Origin: Octopus vulgaris
Lineage: Eukaryota
Direction: 5' to 3'
Assembly (NCBI GenBank): GCA_951406725.2
Contig: OX597825.1
Span: forward strand, 73,284,001-73,348,000
DNA: 64,000 nt
In this document: piece by piece, positions 40,130 to 52,439 of the stretch
How positions within the stretch are numbered: the first letter of the stretch is position 1
How the letters are laid out: every line of letters starts with the position of its first letter
The notes under the pieces: generated by a model
The model's database searches: none
Told to the model about the DNA's origin: nothing
What the model saw: only the letters and a program-made list of their open reading frames with translations
Made by a program: the position numbers and the translations under genes

Positions 40130-41200
40130 TCTTTTCTCTTCTCTGTCTCTCTTGTTTTGTCTCTCTCTCTCTCTCTCTCTTTCTCATTTTCTTTTTTACA
40201 CTAACTCTTTCTCCCTAACTCTCTTTCATTGTTTCTTGCTCCTTCACATAGTCTCTCTCGCTCTCTCTCTCTCTCATTCTCATTCTTCCACACTGTCTCT
40301 CTCTCACTCTCTCTTTCTCTTTCTCTCTGTCTCTCTCTTACTCTTTCTATGTTTCACACTCTTTTCTCTGTTTTCACTCTCTTCCACACTGGCTCACTCT
40401 TTCCACTCTCTTTCTTCAGATGCACTCTCTCCCTCTTCCACTCTTTCTCTTTTACCCTTTGTCTCTCTCTTTCTCTTTTCTCTCTCTCTTTCTCTTTTCT
40501 CTCTCTCTTTCTCTTTTCTCTCTCTTTTCTCTCACTCTCTCTCTCTCTCATTTTCTTTTTTACACTAACTCTTTCTCTCTAACTCTTTCTCATTGTTTCT
40601 CGTTCCTTCACACAGTCTCTGTCTCACAGTCTCTTTCTCTCTCTCATTCTCACTCTTTCACACTGTCTCTCTCTCCTTCTCTCCTTCACTCTCTCTTTCT
40701 CTTTCTCTCTGTCTCTCTCTTACTCTTTCTGTGTTTCACACTCTTTTCTCTGTTTTTCACTCTCTTCCACACTGGCTCACTCTTTCTTCAGATGCACTCT
40801 CTCTCTCTTCCATTCTTTCTCTTTTACCCTCTCTCTCTTTCTCTCACTTTTTTCTCTCTTTTCTCTCAGTCTCTCTTCTGCTCTAGTTCTCTCTCAGTCA
40901 TTTGCTTTCTCACCCTTGCTTTTCCTCTCTCTCTTCTGTTCTCTCAACCTTGCTCTCTCTCTCACTCTCTCTTCTGTGCTCTTGTCTATTCTTTGCCTTA
41001 CTCAATCTCTCTCTCTCTCTCTCCTGGTTTCCCTTTTTTCTCATCTTCTCTATCTCTGTGATCTACACTATATCTCTTCTGCTCTCTCTTTCTCTCCTCT
41101 CCTTTTCCCCTTCCAACTCCCTTTCTTCTCCCCTCCCCCTCTTCATTCTTCTCTCCTACCTCCCCCAAAGTCTCTCTTTCTCTCTCTTTCTCCCCCTCTT
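40130..41200. repeat. Polypyrimidine (CT-rich) tract with an internal tandem duplication of about 364 bp
   Basis: CTCATTTTCTTTTTTACACTAACTCTTTCTC at about 40183 and 40547. CTTCCACACTGGCTCACTCTTT also occurs twice. Confidence 0.85.
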
Positions 41201-41454
41201 ATTAGTGAGAAAAATACCATGACATATGAATTTGAGATCAATTCTATCCAGCTAAGACTGTGCAAGGAGAGCAGAATGAAATCTTAGTAAAGCTCTCTTC
41301 TATTTGAGATTCTTCTGTGTGTCCTGGACAAACTTAAGATTAGTCATAACATTAATGATAGAACAAGGACAAAATATTCTCTAACTGTGTTCTAGACAAA
41401 CTTAATATCAATCATAGCATTAATACAAAGACAAAACATCCTGTTACTCTGATC

Positions 41455-41770
41455 AGCCTAGTACTTATTCTATTGGTCTCTTTTGCCAAACCGCTAAGTT
41501 ATGGGGACGTAAACACACCAGCATCGATTGTGAAGCAATGTTGGGGGTACAAACAGAGACACACAAACATAGATGCATACACATACATATATACATATTT
41601 ATACATATTTACGATGGGCTTCTTTCAGTTTCCATCTACCAAATCCACTCACAAGGCTTTGGTTGGCCCGAGGCTATAGTAGAAGACACTTGCTCAAAGT
41701 GCCACACAGTGGGACTGAACCTGGAACCATGTGGTTCGTAAGCAAGCTACTTACCACACAGCCACTCCTA
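41455..41770 (-). mobile_element. SINE family A, 3'-truncated
   Basis: Reverse complement of the head and body. Confidence 0.85.
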
Positions 41771-42175
41771 CACCTATTGAAGAATATAATCTGAGATAAA
41801 CTCTGCTTTCAAATCAGTGGATAATCATGACTAGAATTGATTTAGCCGTTTATCTGATGAATCAAGGCTGGAACCATTATTACAGTAAAATGCTTTAATT
41901 TCCATTTATGGGTTCCTCATCTTAAAATGTGTAACATTAGCCCTGAACAGATGTATTCTGTTCGGAGGGAACGTTGGCTTGCCTACTTGCTTACCCAACA
42001 AATGGGGTGGCTTCATTTGAAAGCAACAACAATGTGAGGAAGTGCATTGTCACCAGCAGTGTATAAAAAAACAACATCTTATATAGTCTGATTGATACAG
42101 TGATACAGTGTTTTCTCTACTTCAGGTTAATTGAAAAAAAGGGAAGACAGAATATGGATGAAGTAGGGGTTCTAC

Positions 42176-42277
42176 CTGGAGTGATGTGAGCCTTTCTTCT
42201 AATTTAGTGACTCTTTTCTCCAAAGAACTTTGATTGCTGTGCATATCAGTAACCAATTCCTGGATTTGGACCTGGGT
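42176..42277 (-). CDS. SK: SK/KCNN channel, penultimate coding exon (C-terminal coiled coil after the calmodulin-binding domain)
   Basis: Acceptor (T)nGTTTTACAG and donor CAG|GTAGAA. 102 nt, phase 0/0, reads TQVQIQELVTDMHSNQSSLEKRVTKLEERLTSLQ, matching the SK pattern TQ..Y/Q(E/D)...D......E.R...LE.(K/R)(L/M)..(L/I). Confidence 0.88.
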
Positions 42278-42369
42278 CTGTAAAACAAAAAAAAAAAAAA
42301 GAAAAGAAAAGGAAAAATAAGAAAGGAATCCTTATTATTGTAAATGTCAGCATCTTTGTCACAAAATCA

Positions 42370-42576
42370 TTAACGTCATCAACATCAACATCATCATCGT
42401 TGACATAATCAATGTCACTGTTGCCAATATGAACATCAATCACCACAATAATCATTATCATCATTATAATCATCATCATCAACATCATAATCATCATTAT
42501 CTTTACCATTACGTTTACCATTATATAATCAGCATCATCATTATTGTTGTTGTCCTCATTGTTGCTGTCATTGTTG

Positions 42577-42613
<37 letters not shown>

Positions 42614-43020
42614 TATCATTATATAATCTTTACCATTATAAAATCAACATTATCATTATTGTTGCTGTCATTTTTGTCATCATCGTCGTCATCATCATCA
42701 TCATCATCATCATTATCATCATCAATGGTGCTATTGGTATTGGCGTCATTGTCTTAGTCATCATTGTCAACTCTATGGATATTGTCACCCTTGTTCTTAT
42801 TCTTCTTGTTGTCATTCATGTTGTTGTAATTGTTGTACCATCATCAATGTCAGTTTCATCATCAATGTCATTTTCATCATCATCATCATTATCATTACCA
42901 TTTCCATCAATACCATTATAACCATCACCATCACCACCACCATCACCACCACCATCACCATCACCATCACCATAATAATCCACAACACCATCAGAATAAT
43001 AACCACCATCCTCGATAACA
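42370..43020. repeat. Degenerate (ATC)/(ACC) trinucleotide array
   Basis: Direct reading. Confidence 0.9.
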
Positions 43021-43628
43021 AAAATACTCAAAAGTCAACAATAGTTTAAAAAAAGTTAATAAAAATAATTTACAGGCGAAGAGATGGCATGGCAATCAAA
43101 GAGAACTAATTGATAAATTGTGAATAATTAGTGGTAATTAAGATATAATTATAGATTCTGTACCAGCCAGATAGTTTAACGTTAAAAGATAGATACCAAT
43201 AAGGATGAAAACATCGAGGCCTTACAGCTCTTTATTTAATAATTAAACCCATTGTGTGGCTGTGAGAGAAGAAAAAGGAAGAATTTATGCAATTTTGAAA
43301 AATTCTTCCTGATTTTTGCTTTGTATAGTTCTAAACTTTTTCAAAGTCATAGAAAGCAGAATTCATACAATAACGGTCGAAAATTCTTCTGCTTCCACCA
43401 GGAATGAATGTGTCCATGATTATTTAAGAATAGAGGGAATTTTGGGTTTATGTGGGTTTTTGGTTTCAAAGATATTTTTGGTAAGTGGTGACGGACGGAG
43501 ACGTTATTGGTGTATATGGGGAGGGAGTGTGCAAGAGAAATTATAGGTCTGTGGAGAGAGAGAGATAGAGAGAGAGAAAAAGAGAAAGACATTATTGGTA
43601 TATATATATATATATATGTGTGTGTGTA

Positions 43629-43675
<47 letters not shown>

Positions 43676-43848
43676 ATAAATATTAGGGAATAAATCCAAA
43701 TTTACAGGGAAAATCAGATTTAGGATTAAATCCAATTTTATAGTAAAATATTATATAATATAATTCGAGACAAAACCACTATTTTGCAAAACAAACAAGG
43801 AAAGACTTAATCAATACATAAAAATTTTTAATATAAAGAAATAAACCG

Positions 43849-43891
43849 CCACTACAATCGTTTCATGTCTTCAATGACATTCGTCAGGTGG
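43849..43891 (-). ncRNA. Minimal type I hammerhead ribozyme (Penelope pLTR type)
   Basis: Minus strand reads ccac-CTGACGA-atgtc-attgaa-gacat-GAAAC-gatt-GTA-gtgg. All core bases and stems I and II are intact. Confidence 0.88.
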
Positions 43892-44179
43892 ATTTTCGAT
43901 CTAAAATATCAATATATTAAAATATAAGTTTAAAATAATAAAATTATCATTGAAAAATATAAATATATATAACCTATATATAATCTATATATAATCTATA
44001 TATAATCAATATATAATCTAAAATAAACCCTATAAACAATTGAATATAAAGAAACCTATTATTAAAGTTCTCATATTTAAAGATGTACAAAAAACAAAAA
44101 ACAAAAAAACAAAAAACAACAACAAAACAACAAAAATAAAAAACAAAAAACAAAAAAACAAAAACAAAAACAAAAACAA

Positions 44180-44754
44180 GTAGGTTATTCCACCACTAAT
44201 AATGTAGGTAACATTATTCATTTAATAAATTTAAACTGAATAATTTTTATAAAAATAAATTATTAGATAATAATAATAATAGAGATAAGACTTATATTAA
44301 TTGTACTTGTAGAGATAAATCTAAATGTATATTGAATAATAAATGTGATATTAGAGATGTAGTGTATAAATGTATAGTTACATTACATGATAATAATTTT
44401 AAGAATAATAATTACCCAAGAGCGGTTTATATAGGGTCTACTTCCTCTAAAATAAAATTAAGAATCTCACAACATATGAATTCTTTTAAAAATAAAAACT
44501 TAATCAACTCCACTGGACTTAGTAAGTACATTTGGAGACTTAAATCACAAAATATTAATTATAGTTTAACATGGGAAATAATTTGTAAAACTAAATCATA
44601 TACTATAGGAACGAATTGTTGTTATTTATGCTCTAATGAGTTTAAAGAAATTTTATTTTATAAGTATGATAATTTACTTAATACAGGTGAAGAGCGCAAA
44701 ATAAAATGTAGACATCTGTTACTTTACCTATATAATAAGTTTCATGTTAAATAA
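44180..44754 (+). pseudogene. Penelope-like (Naiad-type) linker plus GIY-YIG endonuclease fragment
   Basis: VGYSTTNNVGNII, frameshift near 44220, then ...CTCRDKSKCILNNKC...VVYK...YIG...R...H...TGLSKYIW...W...CYLC..E...LLN...KCRH. The RT domain is absent. Confidence 0.88.
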
Positions 44755-44999
44755 CTTTAATAGCTTCCTTTAAAGGTTACTTTAGTTTAATATTAATTTT
44801 AGTTTAGAGTACCATATATATTTTTAGTTATATAGTTTAGGCTTTAATTATAGTTAGTCTTTAATTGGTATTTCTTTGTTTTTATTAATTCATTTTAATG
44901 TATATTGATATATAACAGCTTATGGTAAGTTAAAACTTTATTTAGTTATATTAGATTTATTTTATTTTATTTACTTATTTATTTATTTATTTATTTTAT

Positions 45000-47570
45000 T
45001 ATGTATATGTTATATGTATATATGGGGATATATTATTATGGAGAATTGGGCGTATTTAGAGGTGTATATATTGTGTTTTGTATGTATGTGTGAATGTTTA
45101 CAATCCCCTTGTATTTTATTTGTTGAATATGGCAGTTTTATTTGGGTATTGTTTGTTGCAATATACGTTTATATAGATATTTAGGAGATTGTCCGTGAAT
45201 AGGTAGTTATGGGTGTGTATGCATGTGTGCGTGTGTACAAGTGCAAGTGTAGATGCGGGAGTGTATGAGTGCTATGTAATTGGGTGGGATTGTTTATGCA
45301 CTTGTATACATGCATGTTTTGAATGTGCGTGTGATTGCACCCGTCTGCGTGTACACACTCATATATACATATATTAATATTTATTTACTTTTTTGAAAGA
45401 GTGTATTTTATAAATATGTGTATGGGATGACATGTGTGAATGTATATATTTATATATATTTTATATATATATATATTTATGTTTGTATTTGTATTTATTT
45501 AATCATTTATTGAGATTCGGATTGAATATATTGGTGTATATATCGAGTTTTGTACGTATGTATATGTATGTGTCAGTGTGTATATGGTTATGTTTGTGGG
45601 TGTGTGTATATATGTGTGTGTATTTGTGTGTATTGTGGATTTGATAAGGGGGTTTTATCTTTATATTTGTATGTATGGATTTCATTTATCATGATTTTTT
45701 ATTAAGAATTTTTTAGTATTTTAGTCCCCATGCATTATAGCTTGGTATGTTGTTCTTGGTGGTTTTTATTGGGTATTGTTTTGTAGCCATTTATACGTAT
45801 ATTTAGATGTCTAGGAGAGTGTCTGTGAATATGCATATTTTGGGTGTGTGTGCATGTGTGCGCGTGTATAAGTGCATGTGTAGATGTGGGAGTGCATGAT
45901 TGCTATGTAAAAGTGTGTGTTTGTGTATGCACTTGTATACATGCATGATTGATGTGCGTGAGATTGCACCCATTTTTTTAGGGATATTTATTTTATTTAT
46001 TTATTTGTATGGGTGTGGGAGTGAATATTTTGATGTATATATCGAGGTTTGTACGTATGTATTTGTATGTGTGAGTGGAGTGGGTATATGTATATGTAGT
46101 GGGTGTGTGTTTTACGTGTGTGTATTTGTGTGTGAATGTATAGATAGGGGGATTGCTATATAGGTATGTTCTAGTGTTTAGTAAAGGGAGTTTTTATCGT
46201 TATATGTATTTCGTTTATAATGGTAGTTTTATTAAAGAATTTGTAGTAATTTCTGTCTGTATTATTCCATTTACTCCATTCATAATTTTGAATAACGTTC
46301 GTTCTCCACGCGCAAAGAATTTTATAATTCCATTCTGTTCCATTCATAATTTTAAATGACGTTCGTTCACCGAGCTAAGAATTTTTATAAATATGTTCGG
46401 TTCCTATGGTAACGTAATCTTGTTTAAAGTTATAACGGCTAGAGTTTGAATTCACTTCATAAATTAAAACAGATTAAGAGGTATGTATTTTTTTTCTCCT
46501 TATGTTAATCTTGTTACTTATGATAATCTGGTTACTTATGGAGTATTTTATATATCGTATTATGTGTCGATATGTTGTTTTTCTTTTGAGTGTTTATGTA
46601 TGTGTAAATGTGTGTGTGCGTATATTTATTTATTTGTATGGGTGTAGGAGTGAATATTTTGATGTATATATCGAGGTTTGTACGTATGTATATGTATGTA
46701 TGAGTGGAGTGGGTATATGTATATGTAGTGGGTGTGTGTTTTACGTGTGTGTATTTGTGTGTGAATGTATAGATAGGGGGATTGCTATATAGGTATGTTA
46801 TAGTGTTTAGTAAAGGGAGATTTTATCGTTATATGTATATATGAGTTTTCGTTTATCATGGTAGTTTTATTAAAGAATTTGTAGTAATTTCTGTCTGTTT
46901 AAGTGTTTAAAATATTATTCCATTTATTCCATTCATAATTTTGAATAACGTACGTTCTCCACGCGCAAATCGTATTATGTGTAGATATGTTGTTTTTCTT
47001 TTGAGTGTTTATGTATGTGTAAATGTGTGTGTGTGTGAGTACTTGGTTGTGTAATTTATTTATCAATATGGGTGTGGGTGTGAATATATTGTTGTATATA
47101 TCGAGTTTAGTACGTATGTATATGTATATGTGAGGGGGTATATGTATATGTTATGGGTGTGTGTTTTACGAATGTGTAGTTTTGTGTGTGAATGTATTAT
47201 GGGGATTGCTATATAGGTATTATTGTGTATGGTAAAGGGTGTTTTATCATTATATGTATATATGGGCTTCATTATCATGATTGGTTTATTAATGATTTTG
47301 GAGTAAATTCTGTATTTTTACGTTGATTAAATATTATTCCATTCTTTCCATTTATAATTTAAAAAAAAAACGTTCGATCACCACGCGCTAAGAATAGTTT
47401 ATTTTCTTTTGAGTGTTTATGTATGTGTGAATGTGTGTGTGTGTATGTGATTGTTTGCATAATTTATTTATCTGTATGGGTGTGGGTGTGAATATATTGG
47501 TGTATATATCGAGTTCTGTATGTATATGTATGTGTGAGCGGGTATATGTATATTGTTTATGACTGTGGGT
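45000..47570 (+). repeat. Diverged direct sub-repeats in the Penelope 3' region
   Basis: About 45990-46320 recurs at about 46625-46970, 47055-47390 and partly at 47465-47570. Confidence 0.8.
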
Positions 47571-47954
47571 TGTATGTGTGTGTGAGGGAGTAAGAATAAG
47601 TAATGTGTTGAAGTATTTGGCTATTTTTTAAATTTATTCATTTATTGTTGCCTAGACGTTTTTATGTGTATGTATAGAGATATATATATTGGTGTGTGAG
47701 TTAGTGTATGTATTTAGATATGGTTATATACATTTAGTTATATGTGTATGAGTATGTGTGTATATATAGTTTATTTTATTTTGTTTTTGTTTTTTTTGTT
47801 TTTTGTTTTTTGTTTTTTGTTTTTTGTTGTTGTTGTTTTGTTTTTTTGTTTTTTGTATTTTCTTTGTATTTCAACCCCTTTGGGATCAATAAGTTAAGTA
47901 GCTGTACTAGCATCTGTTCATCTTGATTCTCCTTTTTGTTTTACTCACTTTCTC

Positions 47955-48262
47955 ATCATCATCATCATTTAATGTCTGTTATCTATGCTGGCATGGGTTG
48001 GTTGGTTGCATGGTGTAACCAGAGTTGGTAAGCTGGGGAGCTGCACCAGACCCTAGTCTGATTTGGCATGGTCTCTACGACTGGATGCTCTTCCCAATGC
48101 CAACCATTTTACAGAGTGTGCTGGGTGCTTTTACACAGCACCACATGGGTGCTTTTATATGGCACTGAATGGGCATTTCTACATGGCACCACATGGACAC
48201 TTTTATGTGGCACCACATAAAAGTGTCCATGGGCACTTTTACATTACGTGCTTTTATGTGGC
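47955..48262 (-). mobile_element. Family C-related retroposon with degenerate TTTTATGTGGCACCACATGGG units
   Basis: (CAT)n tail, CTGGATGCTCTTCCCAATGCCAACCA and about 20-bp repeats. Confidence 0.7.
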
Positions 48263-48865
48263 AAAAATGTGGTTGAGTTTCAAATCTAAAGAAGAATGGG
48301 ATCTGTCAGGTGCAAAAACCTCAATTTATGGTATATATTGTGAAGGTACCTCTATAAGTTGTTCAAGATTTAAGGTACCCAGTACCCCACTAATCACATA
48401 ACCATAACTTCAAACAGTCATTTCATGATGTCATCAATACATTGTTGCCTACCTATTTTATTTTAATTCAAAAGGGAATCTGCTTGACTTGTCATGAACA
48501 GGAGCTGAATATCTCTCAAATCATGGCATCACTATATGGACTTACATTAGTTAATGTATAAATTAGATAATATTTAGATAATGTAGTCTGATAAAAAGGA
48601 CAATATGATTATTGTTAGACAAGATAGTCGTGGTTGGACTGTCTTTTTCATAGGTTTGTTTAAATAAGGCTGACTTGGAGTTAAACAACAGCAACAGCTT
48701 CACTGCAGGGTTGGTAGCCTACTTCTCAACCACACCACTTAATCACATACATATATATATAATAACAATATGTGTATGTATACACACATACACATGCACT
48801 TATATATATATGTATATATACATAGGGAAAATGCTGGAGAAAGACTCCACTTGGCAAATTATAGT

Positions 48866-49228
48866 AGAGATAAAAAGGAAAATACACTGAAATATTTATG
48901 TTGGGAAAATATATTTATGAAGTAAAAGTATTTACATAGTTGACCGGTTTCAGTTTTTTTGGCTAATCATTACTAAACAGTTAGCGATGATATTATAATT
49001 CTATGCTACTTTAATTCAATGCTGGTGGGAGATTAGATATTTCCATTTTCACACCAACATCAAATGACTACAACTAATTAAAGTAGCATGGAATTGTAAC
49101 ATCATCACAAACTGTTCAGTCATGATTAGCCAAATATGTGAAACCAGTCGACTATGTAAATATTTTGCTTTGTAACTATATATATTTTTTCAGCATAAAT
49201 ATTTCAGAGCACTTTTATTTTTACTCTG
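48866..49228. repeat. Fold-back palindrome of about 360 bp carrying hammerhead 3' halves
   Basis: Arms about 48866-49015 and 49075-49228. GAAACCGGTC on the minus strand at 48942-48951 and GAAACCAGTC on the plus strand at 49140-49149. Confidence 0.8.
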
Positions 49229-49241
49229 TTTTTACTCTGTA

Positions 49242-49280
<39 letters not shown>

Positions 49281-49823
49281 ATGTATCTTTTATTTTTTAT
49301 TTGTTCTAGTCATTAGACTTCAGCTACTAATTTCCATGTTTTCATCAAAACTGCTTAAATGGTAAAACAAATTCCATCCACCTGTATAATAAATAATTGT
49401 GTCTGTATCACTCACTCAGGGGGGAAAAAAGCACATAGAATTGGTTTCACACAGTTTCCATCAACCGAATTTTCTCACAAACTATTCATCAACCCAGATT
49501 AAAATAAATTTTATCCACATAATTTAATAAAGTCGAGAGGGATTAGAAGGGGTATAAATAACACTAAAAACACGGAAATAATAATTAGGTTAAGAATTAA
49601 ATGCTGAAGTGGAAGACAAAATATAAGTGCAACCATGGCTTTGTAGTAAGAAGTTGGATTCCCAACTACATGGTTCTGGGTTCAGTCTTAGTACAAAAGT
49701 AGATGTGATAGGGTATAATAATTTAATAATGTCTCTCCATATGTACAATAATGCCATATGTATATATTTGTCTAACCCATGCCACCATAGAAGGCAAACG
49801 TTAAACAATAATGATGATGATGA

Positions 49824-49858
<35 letters not shown>

Positions 49859-50011
49859 TAAATATATACATATATATTAATAAATATATAAATGGCGGTG
49901 CCCCAGCATGGCCACAGCTCATTAGCTGAAACTGGAAAAATCAAATCAAAATCATATATATACATACAAATATATACATACATACATACATAAATAAAGA
50001 TATATGTATAT

Positions 50012-50165
50012 ATCAAGATGAACAGATGCTAGTACAGCTACTTAACTTATTGATCTCAAAGGGGTTGAAATACAAAGAAAATCTCGGCAAGATTTGAACT
50101 CAGATAACAGAGAAATGGACTGTAGAGCACAGAGTATTTTAGCTTCTGCACTAATCCCACTACTA
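50012..50165 (-). mobile_element. Diverged family B SINE, 5' part; 71 bp duplicated in inverted orientation at 47857-47927
   Basis: 50012-50082 and the reverse complement of 47857-47927 differ at one base. Confidence 0.8.
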
Positions 50166-50202
50166 ACTTACTGGCTTAAATTGTCAGAACATCAAAATTA
50201 AA

Positions 50203-50273
<71 letters not shown>

Positions 50274-51437
50274 TCACAGAGAGGGCATTTTGAGAAAGTG
50301 GGAAATTTAATATTGCAGTACGGCCCTTCTACAGAAGATAAGAGTGCAGTGTCTGTGAACCCTATATGATCAATTGTTTAGCATTTCTATCACATAACCC
50401 TCATTAATATCTTTGTATCACATGAATATCCAACAGCAGAGCCGTAAAAAAAAATACCCACAAAAATAAAAAAAAAAGCAACTAAAAATGGCAATATTTC
50501 TTAGTTAAACAGATTTCTATAGAAATATCAAACTGTGTTCAAACTCTGCCGTCCATGTTGGCATGATAAAAGCAATAAAAATTAGGAATTTGCTTGTATG
50601 GTAATGGAAGTTTGTTTGTATAGGAAGCAGAGGGAAAGAAATATCTGTTTTATATCAATGAAAGATAATTGGAAAGATAATATGGAACGTTGTTTATATT
50701 CTTCATGAAAATCAATGATACGAAGAAAGGTCAGACGAAAGTGTACACAAAGAAAAAAAAAAAGCTCCAGAAAGAACCAACAAAAAAAATAAACAAAAAC
50801 AAAGATGGTAGCATAATAAAAAAAATATATATTAAAAAGGTCTAGTTCTTGTTTGGCCGAAATATAATTCTATATGGTGAAAAATAATTTTAATTGCATA
50901 AAAAAATAGTTTTAGTATTTTGTAAGGAAAGAAAAATGATTTGAAGAAAAATTAAATAAATGCTTAAGAATATAAAATAAAAAAAAAATATCAAAATAAA
51001 TAATAAAATAATTAAAGTGCAGAATAAAACAATGTTCTTATAATGTGGCCCAAATTAGAGAAGTAAGTTTCTTGACTGATATTGTCTATTGTTGATACTG
51101 CAAGATAAATTAATAATTTGTTTGCAATTTATGAAAGCGTCTATTTACACTAATTATTGAAACTCCCTTCCACTTTCCACACTAAAAACAAAAAACAAAA
51201 GTAAAAACAAAATGTAGACAAGAGAAATCCCTAAAGGACTCATTTATTTTAATTTTTAGGTCACCTATTTAATTTAAATTCCAATATCTATAGCGTTTGA
51301 TTGTGAATAATAGATGTATGTAGATATATGTATATGTGTAAGTGAGTTTATATACACACACATACATATTTATATATATATATATGAACCCAACCCATAC
51401 AAGCATGAAAAGTGAATGTAAAATGACAATATGGATG

Positions 51438-51472
<35 letters not shown>

Positions 51473-51474
51473 TC

Positions 51475-51985
51475 ACCATCATCATCATCATCATTTAAGG
51501 TCCGCTTTCCATGCTATCATGGGTTGGACGATTTGACTGAGGTCTGGCAAACCAGATGGCTGCACCAGGCTCCAGTCTAATCTGGCGGAGTTTCTACAGC
51601 TGGATGCCCTTCCTAATGCCAACCATTCTGAGAGTGTAGTAGGTGCTTTTATGTGCCACTGGCATGGGGACCAGTCAGGTGGTACTGGCAACAGCCACAC
51701 TCAAATAGTGTTTTTTATGTGCCACCTGCACAGGAGCCAGTCCAGCAGCACTGGCAATGACCTTGTTCGAATATTTTATCCCGTGTCTCCAGCACAAGTG
51801 CCAGTAAGGTGTTGCAGGTAACGATCATGCTCGAATGGTGCTTTTTACGTGCCGTTGGAATGGAAGCCAGTTTGTTGCTCTGGGAATGATCACGCTCGGA
51901 TGGTACTCTTAGCGCTCCACAAGCATGGATGCCAGTCATCGAATTTGATTTCGATTTCGATTTCACTTGCTGCAACAGGTCTTCA
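51475..51985 (-). mobile_element. Family C retroposon copy
   Basis: (CAT)n tail and shared 3' body, with degenerate internal repeats. Confidence 0.8.
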
Positions 51986-52439
51986 GAGAGAGAGAGAGAT
52001 ATACATAGAGAAAGAGGAATCTCCTCTTCTACTTGGCTAGTCTGGTACTTTATCATTTGAGTAATGACTCAAAAATTGATTTTTAAATCTCATAATGTTG
52101 ACCTGAGTAGGATTTGAATTCAGAATGTATTTGAGATATGATATTTGGCTAATGCTCTAACAGCTGACTTCCTCCAATGGGACACATTAAATAAATACTA
52201 TATGCCACATAGTATGTGTCATGATTTTGCCCTAAATGAAAACTCCACTCTAACAACACAGTTACAGAATAAATTTGAGATGTTTAAGATGTAACAAAAC
52301 AGTGAAGGACTCATACTATGATCACTTGGATTTCTAGAAATAACAGCCAAAGAAAGAGAAGGTTGCATATGATAATATAGTCCTAGATATCTGACATTAT
52401 GCTTGAATAAAAGATGGGGCAGTCATGGCTGGAACCCAT

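Larger units (their letters stand above)
43675..47856 (+). mobile_element. 5'-truncated Penelope-like element (Naiad-type) with 5' inverted pLTR (43675-44179)
   Basis: GIY-YIG fragment at 44180-44754 followed by a long GT-rich, internally repeated 3' region. (CAAAAA)n at 44085-44179 is the inverse of (TTTTTG)n at 47775-47856. The inverted part holds a hammerhead. Inserted in (TA)n. Confidence 0.8.

Noticed and set aside
44290-44754. Selenocysteine-type Naiad (in-frame TGA at Cys positions)
   Set aside because: The conserved cysteines in this fragment are TGT/TGC and there is no in-frame TGA.
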